Under the pieces are notes generated by a model, which was not told the DNA's origin, did not search any database, and worked only from the letters and a program-made list of their open reading frames with translations. Positions 26,005 to 33,028 of a DNA stretch of 40,805 bases are shown here, in pieces; the first letter of the stretch is position 1, and the number at the start of each line of letters is the position of its first letter. Both the position numbers and the translations under genes were made by a program. Origin of the DNA: Bacteroidota bacterium (lineage in GTDB: Bacteria; Bacteroidota; Ignavibacteria; Ch128b); the NCBI GenBank assembly GCA_018828505.1, contig JAHJVF010000028.1, forward strand, positions 1 to 40,805. Reading direction: 5' to 3'.

Positions 26005-29000
26005 AAGTTGGGCAAGCTCTGATTTTAGACCCGATTTTAAGATACCGAAAAGTGTAAGCATCATCGGATCGGCGGCATGTTTTATTGTAATGCTCCAACT
26101 TGATTTTATTGCGATGGTTGGGGCAACAATTATTTTGGGTACGTTGTTTCTATATCTAAAAAGGAAGGAACTTACTCTCGATACAGGTGATACATGGGAT
26201 AGTGTTTGGTCATCAATAGTTAAAAAGGGATTGGCAAAACTGAGCATGGGAAAATCCGACCCGCGAAACTGGCGCCCGAATGTTCTTCTTTTCAGCGGCG
26301 GTACAGATGTTAGACCCCATCTTGTTGAAGCTGGGAGATGGCTTACCGGAAGACTCGGTATTCTTTCTAACTTTCATTTAAAAGAAGATGCAGCGTCTTC
26401 ATCTTTACTCAGGAAATTAAGCAACGATGAAAAAACCTATCAGGATGAGGAAGGACTTTTCACACAGAGTTTTATCTGTCGGAATGTTTATGAAGGGATA
26501 GACGTAATAACGCGTGTTTATGGTTTTTCGGGAGTTGAACCGAACACTATCTTAATGGGCTGGGGACGCAATACAAAAGACCCGCTCCAGTTTTCTTCAC
26601 TGATTAAGAATTTTAATGAGCTTGATCTAAACTCTATCTATCTCAACTATAATGAAGAGCGTGGCTTTGGTCAGATGAAAACCATTGATGTTTGGTGGCG
26701 GGGCGCAGGAAATAATTTTACTCTCGAGATGACACTTGTTCGTTTTCTTACTTCCAATCCCGACTGGCGGGACGCAAATGTCCGTTTTCTTATTATCAGT
26801 AACTTTAGCTCTGTGGTGGGGAAAGCGTACAAGAATCTTAACCAGATACTTGAACAGTATCGCGTAATCGGCGAAATTAAAGTGATCAACAACGAGATTG
26901 AACAACGGCGCTCAGCAGATATAATTAAAGCCGAATCTGCTTCCGCTGACCTGACGATATTCGGTATTCCCGATGTTACAGAAGAAGATGCCGCTGGATT
27001 TATTGAGACAATCAATAATCTTACTAACGAGCTGGGAACTACTTTGTTCGTTCACGCATCTTCTTATTTTGATGAGATAGATGTGGGCATCAAAAAGGAA
27101 TATTTATTCTCCGAGTCATCTCATGAAACTTTTGTTCTGCCTGAAATTAGAGCCAGGAAAAATGTTACCGTTGAAAAAGAAGTCGTTATTTTGAACAGTA
27201 AGTATGAGTCGCTTCTCCGCGGGTTCTTCGATCAGTGTGCCGATAAATTGGTCTCCCTCAATAAATCCCCATTAATTGAATTGAAAAATGAGGGAATTAA
27301 AATTTACGATAAGATAAGGGATGTGAATAAGCTAAAGATAACTAGCAGACAGAAAGATGCACTCTATCAACTAAGGCGCGAGGCTGTTAGTTACAGCGAA
27401 AAAATATGTATCGAACAGTCTGCTGCAATCGAAGATTTTACTGATTTTATTAAAGAAAACATCGAGTATGTTTACTCAAAAGAAAAAAAACTTGTTAGCG
27501 AACTTCCGCAACGGTTAATAATTCACTATGATAAAGAAGAATTAAAAAATGCAGGCACTTCCGGTTTGGGAAGTAAATTAAGAAAAGCAGTAATAACCGT
27601 AAAAACTATTTTTTCAAAGTCACCAATTTCTGTACCTGTTAAGTTTAGTGAATTTGCAAATAATTATATTCAGAAGTCGCTTGCCAATCATTTCATTATT
27701 TTCTTAAACGAACTGGAACGAATCAGCTATAAGCTTGCTTCAGATCTTCATAACTCTGAATCGGTACTAATTTCCTCCATTGATAGATTCATTGCAAAAC
27801 TAAATGGCAGAGAAAGTGCAACACACATTAAAAATGAAGAGGAAAAATTTACTGCTCAGTTAAACGAACACCTTAATTTAGCAGAACAAAATTTAATTAA
27901 AGTAAAAACCGAGCTGTTGAAGAACGCCAGAAACAACATGCAGGATATGGTGTTTGACCTTGAAAGGATCGATGCAAATTCTATTCTGCGGAGGGATAGA
28001 CGTGTTACAAAACAAGATCGCAGACGAAATGAATCCTCATCCGATTTCCCAAAAACATGGCAAAGAAATCTTAAAACACTTCTTTCTACTGTGAAAACCG
28101 ATTTGATGATTGAAAAATTAAAGGGCGTTGGCTTTGAAGAAACCTTAAAAATTGAAAACGACCTGAGAAAGATTTTTACCGGTAAATATACAAACCTGCT
28201 CAATAACTCTGCAAAGACATTGGACGATATTGAAACGGGTAAATTATCCAATCAATTTGATATTCAAATTGAGAAAGATATAAATCTTCAATCTTATACC
28301 GATAGGTTAGCAGAAGTGATGCGGAGTGAGATAACCAAACTGCCAGAGGAAATAGAAGTAATCGGCGAAAACTTTAGTGAAGCGGTTGAGACTATCCGCT
28401 TTGATGAAGGAGATACTGCGGTAATCTCAATTAGAAAGTTAGTTGACTTTTCATTTGAATCGGAATTTGTGGGAGTAAGTCAAGCTCATACTGTGAATTA
28501 TCAAAGGGCACTTAGGCGTGCAATAGGCGAAGCAAGGGATGTGATCAATCTTGTTAACTTCAATTTGCAGACAGTCGAAGAAGATAAAGAATCGGCTGAT
28601 GAGGAAATGAATCTTAGTCTATTAGCTGGTAGAATGAGAGAATGTTCTGAGATGTTTACAAAGGTTCAAGATGAATATTTAGCGAACGTGAAAAATTCAT
28701 TTGCAAAAGCATTTGAACCTTTAACTTCATATTCTATATTAAAATCCGCATCCGAACTGAGCGCCCATGTACGCGAACTTGGCGGAAAGAAAGTGATCTC
28801 TAAATTTACACGAAAGAAAGAAGCAGTATATAATTATTTTCAAAATATACTTGTACGACTTTTTTATAAACGCTCTGAAGGAATATTATTTGCAAAGCAG
28901 ATAGACGAGCTTCAGGCGGAAGAGTTTAACTCAGCAGAGCTTCTTACGTTTACAGCTCAATTAACACCGGAAGCAAGTTTAATCGAAAAACTTCCACATT

Positions 29001-30016
29001 ACTATAAAAAACTTTTTGGAGGAAGTTCCAGCGTAAGTGGCGCACTATGGGTTGGAAGAAAAACCGAGCTTGAAAAATGCCGGCAGGCATTCGAAAGATT
29101 TAATTCCGGTTACACCGGAGGATTATTGATACTCGGGCAGCGGAACGATGGGAAAAGTGCCCTTTCGAAGAAGATTGCCGAAATGAACTTTGAACCGGAT
29201 AATATATTTACATTAAATGCTCCTTTATGCGGCAGTAACGATACTGCCGTATTCAAAGCCCGCTTACAAAAAGTTCTCCGTACAACAGAGTCTGTTGATA
29301 GAACTCTCTCCCGCTTCAACAACCACCAATATGCAGTAATTATTAATGATCTGGAATTGTGGTGGGAAAGAAGTGAAGAGGGTTTTCATATATTAACAGA
29401 AATTGATTCACTGGTCTCGAAATACGGAAATAAAGTCTTTTTCATTGTTAACAGCAGCCAATACTCTTATGCTTTTATTAGGCAGCTATTAAACCTTGAT
29501 CATCTGTTCGGAGGATTTGTCCGGTGCGAGCCTTTTGACGCCGAAGAATTAAAAGATATTATTCTTCTTCGACATCATGCGAGTGGAATGAAATTTATAT
29601 TAAATGATGTTATGGAAGAAGATTTATCAGAGCTTAAATTGGCCCGGTTGTTCAACGATTATTTTGATTTTTCTGAGGGGAATGTTGGAGTGGCATTGAA
29701 GAGTTGGCTCAACAACATAACTGAGATAAATGGAAATCAACTCAAAATAAAATATCCTTCAATCGTCTCAACAAACCAGCTAAACAAACTGCCTGATGAG
29801 TGGATATTCTTCCTGCTTCAATTTGTGCTTCATAGAAGGATGAACCGGCAAAAAGCATATAGAATAATTGGTGAGGAGAAACAAAAGATAGATTTGATTT
29901 TTAATAAATTGTTAAGAGCCGGGCTTCTCTCTGAAAGAGATGAGGGAGTATTAGAAATCAATCAAGTAGTAGAGCCGTTTATTATCAAAAACTTTTTGAA
30001 GACAGAAATATTATGA
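25847..30016 (+). CDS. Continuation of the SLC12-like protein (TM9-TM12 + SLC12 C-terminal domain) fused to a roughly 650-aa helical region and a C-terminal P-loop STAND/ORC-like ATPase with a wHTH-like tail
   Basis: [36 protein letters not shown] aligns to CCC TM9-10. NWRPNVLLF marks the start of the cytoplasmic domain. Walker A GQRNDGKS at 29135-29158 and Walker B-like VIINDLE near 29340. It is one uninterrupted 1389-codon frame, and the true start is unclear. Confidence 0.7.
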   Translation: MFLPICYSTTRMHLTFIIAEAGILIGDLDVIARIVSMFFITTYGFLNLSCAAESWASSDFRPDFKIPKSVSIIGSAACFIVMLQLDFIAMVGATIILGTLFLYLKRKELTLDTGDTWDSVWSSIVKKGLAKLSMGKSDPRNWRPNVLLFSGGTDVRPHLVEAGRWLTGRLGILSNFHLKEDAASSSLLRKLSNDEKTYQDEEGLFTQSFICRNVYEGIDVITRVYGFSGVEPNTILMGWGRNTKDPLQFSSLIKNFNELDLNSIYLNYNEERGFGQMKTIDVWWRGAGNNFTLEMTLVRFLTSNPDWRDANVRFLIISNFSSVVGKAYKNLNQILEQYRVIGEIKVINNEIEQRRSADIIKAESASADLTIFGIPDVTEEDAAGFIETINNLTNELGTTLFVHASSYFDEIDVGIKKEYLFSESSHETFVLPEIRARKNVTVEKEVVILNSKYESLLRGFFDQCADKLVSLNKSPLIELKNEGIKIYDKIRDVNKLKITSRQKDALYQLRREAVSYSEKICIEQSAAIEDFTDFIKENIEYVYSKEKKLVSELPQRLIIHYDKEELKNAGTSGLGSKLRKAVITVKTIFSKSPISVPVKFSEFANNYIQKSLANHFIIFLNELERISYKLASDLHNSESVLISSIDRFIAKLNGRESATHIKNEEEKFTAQLNEHLNLAEQNLIKVKTELLKNARNNMQDMVFDLERIDANSILRRDRRVTKQDRRRNESSSDFPKTWQRNLKTLLSTVKTDLMIEKLKGVGFEETLKIENDLRKIFTGKYTNLLNNSAKTLDDIETGKLSNQFDIQIEKDINLQSYTDRLAEVMRSEITKLPEEIEVIGENFSEAVETIRFDEGDTAVISIRKLVDFSFESEFVGVSQAHTVNYQRALRRAIGEARDVINLVNFNLQTVEEDKESADEEMNLSLLAGRMRECSEMFTKVQDEYLANVKNSFAKAFEPLTSYSILKSASELSAHVRELGGKKVISKFTRKKEAVYNYFQNILVRLFYKRSEGILFAKQIDELQAEEFNSAELLTFTAQLTPEASLIEKLPHYYKKLFGGSSSVSGALWVGRKTELEKCRQAFERFNSGYTGGLLILGQRNDGKSALSKKIAEMNFEPDNIFTLNAPLCGSNDTAVFKARLQKVLRTTESVDRTLSRFNNHQYAVIINDLELWWERSEEGFHILTEIDSLVSKYGNKVFFIVNSSQYSYAFIRQLLNLDHLFGGFVRCEPFDAEELKDIILLRHHASGMKFILNDVMEEDLSELKLARLFNDYFDFSEGNVGVALKSWLNNITEINGNQLKIKYPSIVSTNQLNKLPDEWIFFLLQFVLHRRMNRQKAYRIIGEEKQKIDLIFNKLLRAGLLSERDEGVLEINQVVEPFIIKNFLKTEIL

Positions 30017-30747
30017 TTACAAATGCCGAACTGCTTCCATTTATTTTTCGTTTGATTGAAACCGCAGCTGCGGGGTTTGTGCTGTTCATACTGTTAAAAA
30101 TTATCCACATGATGTTAAGCTATTTTACTAGGGGCAAAGAAATTAAAAAAACTGTATTGAACGTTCATCTTGCAGTTGCCGTGGCAGCGTGGGCGATCTT
30201 TTTTCTTTGGGGGATAAACTTAATTTTTACAGTTGATTTCACAACTAACCCCCTTGAACTTGTGTTGATTGTAGTACTCTTTGTGATTTTCGTTTGGCTT
30301 GCAGGAAGAGATATACTAGCCGGAATAATTCTTAAGTTTGAAAATTCACTTGAACTTGGAAATCTCATTACTTCAGATAATACCTCAGGAAAGATAAAAA
30401 AATTAGGATTAAGAACCGTTCAGCTTGAAACCGAAACAGGAGAATTATTTACTGTTCCTTATACAAAAATCTCTTCTGAAAAAGTAAGCATTAGAAGAAA
30501 AGAAAACCGTTACAAATATTTTGAAGGAGAGATTACAGTAGAGGGGAGAATCCCTCCCGCAGAAATCTCTGAGATTTTGCTCAAGAAACTGATGCTTTCG
30601 CATTATGCATCAGTTAAAACAAAACCCTCGGTAAATTTTCTCGGCATTAATGAGGGGAAATATAAATTTAAAGTTACCGTACCCACTCTGAAAAAAGAAT
30701 ATTTTGATAAACTCCTCTTTTCTCTTCAACACGAAATGACAAAGTAG
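30013..30747 (+). CDS. Small MscS-family mechanosensitive channel-like protein
   Basis: Three or four TM segments followed by AGIILKFENSLELGNLITSDNTSGKIKKLGLRTVQLETETGELFTVPYTKISSEKV, which resembles the MscS TM3/beta-domain core. ATGA overlap with the upstream ORF. Confidence 0.65.
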   Translation: MITNAELLPFIFRLIETAAAGFVLFILLKIIHMMLSYFTRGKEIKKTVLNVHLAVAVAAWAIFFLWGINLIFTVDFTTNPLELVLIVVLFVIFVWLAGRDILAGIILKFENSLELGNLITSDNTSGKIKKLGLRTVQLETETGELFTVPYTKISSEKVSIRRKENRYKYFEGEITVEGRIPPAEISEILLKKLMLSHYASVKTKPSVNFLGINEGKYKFKVTVPTLKKEYFDKLLFSLQHEMTK

Positions 30748-30845
30748 TTTACAATTTGTAATCACGTTTGTTGTTATGAATTCGGTGATGAGAAAAATCG
30801 ATTATTTGCATTATAGTATTGTGAACAATATTTTTATTTTTTATG

Positions 30846-31050
30846 CCTGCCTGCATACCTTCGGTATGTAAACTGGCAGGCAGGTCAAAATATTTAAAAC
30901 TGATTTTCTCCATTTTCCCCGCCTACACTGCGTTTCGGCGGGCAGGCATCTTCCATTCACCCCGCCTGCCAATACATAGCTATCTCGTGGCAGGTTGGAT
31001 AACTTATTTATATAGCCAGTGATATTTTTTAAAAAGTATATCCAACGGGG
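30846..31050. repeat. Second cluster of GC-core hairpin repeats (same word set as 1-780) plus a GTTGGATA...TATCCAACGGGG hairpin
   Basis: CCTGCCTGC / GCAGGCAGG hairpin at 30846-30884 encloses ATACCTTCGGTAT. CATTCACCCCGCCTGCCAATACATAGCTATCTCGTGGCAGGTTGG resembles copies 1-3. ATATCCAACGGGG at 31038-31050 is identical to 21414-21426. Confidence 0.8.
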
Positions 31051-31245
31051 TAAACATCTTCCATTGCGGTTTACCGCGCTATGTATCGGGATTATTTGTT
31101 TGTGCACCCTGAAGGATTCCTCCGAAGGAGTGCCTTTTGCAGAACCTTCGACCCACTGATTAAGAGTAATCGGAATTCTTTGCATTTCATTAATGTAAAT
31201 CAAGTTTGTTTGGTAACTCCATACAAGGTTGGAAGGAGTTCCAAC

Positions 31246-31690
31246 ATGTACATCATTAAAAACGATAAATCCCCATTCTATCAGATAGTTTATTTTGCTG
31301 ATGGTAAGCGTACAACTATCTCCACTAAAACTAAAAACATTCAAGAAGCTCATAGAGTCTTAGGCAATTTTTAAAAAGAATTAGAAAAACCTAAGCAGCA
31401 AATCAAACCCACTCTACTCTCAAAATTCAAGATGAAAATGAGGAATACATTCAAGCAAATAAATTAAGAAACTACTTACCTCAGTTAAACTCTCATTTAA
31501 GCATTTAATTGATTTTAATGATGATAGTCAGTTTAATCGCTAAGACATTCGGACTCTTGGATAATTTAATTACTTCCACTTTCATACAGGCTCCAAAAGG
31601 ATCCAGTCTTTATTATCGTACACTTAAAGCAATACTTTCTAAAGCATTCATTAAAATGTTATTCATGATAACAGAATTTAAGTTCGATCC
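31246..31690 (+). pseudogene. Tyrosine integrase N-terminal remnant (arm-binding and SAM-like region), broken by stops and frameshifts and lacking the catalytic domain
   Basis: AAGGAG plus ATG 31246 gives MYIIKNDKSPFYQIVYFADGKRTTISTKTKNIQEAHRVLGNF*. Downstream frames give LLSKFKDENEEYIQANK and APKGSSLYYRTLKAILSKAF, which are typical integrase N-domain strings. Confidence 0.65.
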
Positions 31691-31896
31691 CTATCTAAAA
31701 TCTTTTTTCTTTCTTCATATTCAACAGTTGTGAGTTCTCCACTAGCAAATTTCTTTTTCAAAATTTCTTCTGGAGTTTCTGTTAATGATTCTGGTTTATT
31801 AAATAATTTCACAAATAAATATGTGCCAATAATAATAACTATCACAAAAATCCACCAGAAGAAGTGCATACCAAACCAATAATGATCATGAAACAT
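31678..31896 (-). CDS. SHOCT-domain small membrane protein (paralog 1)
   Basis: 72 aa. MFHDHYWFGMHFFWW, then one TM, then the C-terminal SGELTTVEYEERKKIL SHOCT motif. Confidence 0.8.
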   Translation of the reverse strand: MFHDHYWFGMHFFWWIFVIVIIIGTYLFVKLFNKPESLTETPEEILKKKFASGELTTVEYEERKKILDRDRT

Positions 31897-31919
31897 ATCT
31901 TATCTCCTTTTATATTTTT

Positions 31920-32369
31920 TTAAATCTCGTACGATGCATAAATTTCATCATTTTTAATTTTAACATGAAAGGGTTTTAAAGGTCGTGGTGGTGGTCCAGC
32001 AATATTAATCCCATTAAGATCGTAATGTCCGTTATGACATGCACACCAAATATGCTGAAGTTCTTCACGATACTGAACCGTGCATGCTAAATGTGTGCAA
32101 ACTGCACTGAACGCTTTAAACTCACCGTCCTGTGTTTTAATTAAAATTCCGGGTTCATTCCCGAATCGAAAAATCTTACCGCTATTCGGTTTTAACTCAT
32201 CTATTTTACCGGTAAGAACAGTACTCGGTTTCGGTTCATCACCTTTTGGTGGAATTAAAAATTTCCAAAGTGGATATAGGGTTGCCAACATAAAAGCAGT
32301 CAAACCTCCACCAAGGAAATATCCCAGAAATGTTCGCCGTGATTTATTTGGTGTACCGGACTTTTTCAT
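31920..32369 (-). CDS. Tat-exported Rieske [2Fe-2S] domain protein
   Basis: SRRTFLGYF twin-arginine signal. CTHLAC and CACHNGHY Rieske ligand boxes. Confidence 0.85.
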   Translation of the reverse strand: MKKSGTPNKSRRTFLGYFLGGGLTAFMLATLYPLWKFLIPPKGDEPKPSTVLTGKIDELKPNSGKIFRFGNEPGILIKTQDGEFKAFSAVCTHLACTVQYREELQHIWCACHNGHYDLNGINIAGPPPRPLKPFHVKIKNDEIYASYEI

Positions 32370-32410
32370 TTATAATTTCTATACATATTAAATCAATCTG
32401 TAAAAATGTA

Positions 32411-32581
32411 TTAGTGTTCGTGCTTCTTAGTGTTTTCTTTGTTTATATACCTATTTGGTTCTTTATTAAACTTTTCTTTACAGGAAGCCGAACAGAAATA
32501 ATAAAACTTGCCTTTGTATTCAATCTTTTCGGCATCCTCGATGTTCATTAAGTGCATTCCACAAACCAAATCCTTTTCCAT
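32411..32581 (-). CDS. YHS/TRASH-domain mini-protein (56 aa): MEKDLVCGMHLMNIEDAEKIEYKGKFYYFCSASCKEKFNKEPNRYINKENTKKHEH
   Basis: My own translation; it is absent from the ORF track because it is under 60 aa. Has the CGM...FCS..C metal-binding pattern, GGAGG 5 nt upstream of the ATG, and lies between the cupredoxin and Rieske genes. Confidence 0.75.
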   Translation of the reverse strand: MEKDLVCGMHLMNIEDAEKIEYKGKFYYFCSASCKEKFNKEPNRYINKENTKKHEH

Positions 32582-32637
32582 CTTAACCTCCTTTTTAAAG
32601 TTGTTGATTTTATATTAATTCATCATCTGGATTTTTA

Positions 32638-33015
32638 TTACTCAATTATTATTTTTCCTCTAACCATTCCCATCCCGCATTGGAATCCGTATTCACCTGT
32701 TTTATCGATTTGTAATTCAACCGGAATTGTTCTGAATGGGGTTAATGTTGCTTTTTTATTAAAATCGGGAAATATAACTTCCTCGGTACAGGCTGCGGTT
32801 TCTTCACGAATAAAATTGAGTTTAATTGGCTTACCTGCTTCAAAAATGAGTACATCAGGTGTGTAACCTCCTTTTACTTTTATCACAGCTTCCTGCCATC
32901 CTCCATCTGATGCGCGTACTTTAACAGCTTTTTTCTCAGAGAACCAAAAATACCACGCAACCCAGAATGAAAGTCCCAGTCCGCCAATAATCACTAATAT
33001 TTGATCAAGTGTCAT
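32638..33015 (-). CDS. Membrane-anchored cupredoxin-like domain protein (CopA-associated)
   Basis: 125 aa with an N-terminal TM, CTEE...FQCGMGM Cys/Met ligand-like motifs, and a position immediately downstream of copA. Confidence 0.7.
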   Translation of the reverse strand: MTLDQILVIIGGLGLSFWVAWYFWFSEKKAVKVRASDGGWQEAVIKVKGGYTPDVLIFEAGKPIKLNFIREETAACTEEVIFPDFNKKATLTPFRTIPVELQIDKTGEYGFQCGMGMVRGKIIIE

Positions 33016-33028
33016 TATATCATCTCCA

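Noticed and set aside
26627-28251. Minus-strand ORFs (26627-26905, 26671-27015, 27856-28251) inside the large transporter-ATPase ORF
   Set aside because: They are nested antisense ORFs within a 4.2-kb open frame with coherent domain content. Such ORFs are typical in AT-rich sequence and none has independent support. The same reasoning applies to nested ORFs at 1066-1341, 1141-1326, 2918-3235, 4675-4905, 5314-5574, 6361-6564, 7332-8278, 8477-9137, 9242-9484, 10023-10244, 10301-10495, 11320-11538, 12455-12715, 14665-14943, 17409-17890, 18146-18455, 18990-19334, 21135-21433, 22275-22589, 22866-23051, 24015-24293, 25101-25301, 25972-26247, 29110-29322, 30165-30368, 32080-32866, 33819-34583, 35478-35760 and 40363-40548.
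31081-31245. N-terminal 55 codons of ORF 31081-31374
   Set aside because: This stretch overlaps the repeat cluster. The integrase-like sequence begins only at ATG 31246, which has its own AAGGAG, so the upstream extension is treated as spurious.
30841-31353. 170-aa minus-strand ORF
   Set aside because: It spans the GC-core repeat cluster and runs antisense to the integrase remnant, which has its own Shine-Dalgarno sequence and ATG. The translation has no recognisable features.
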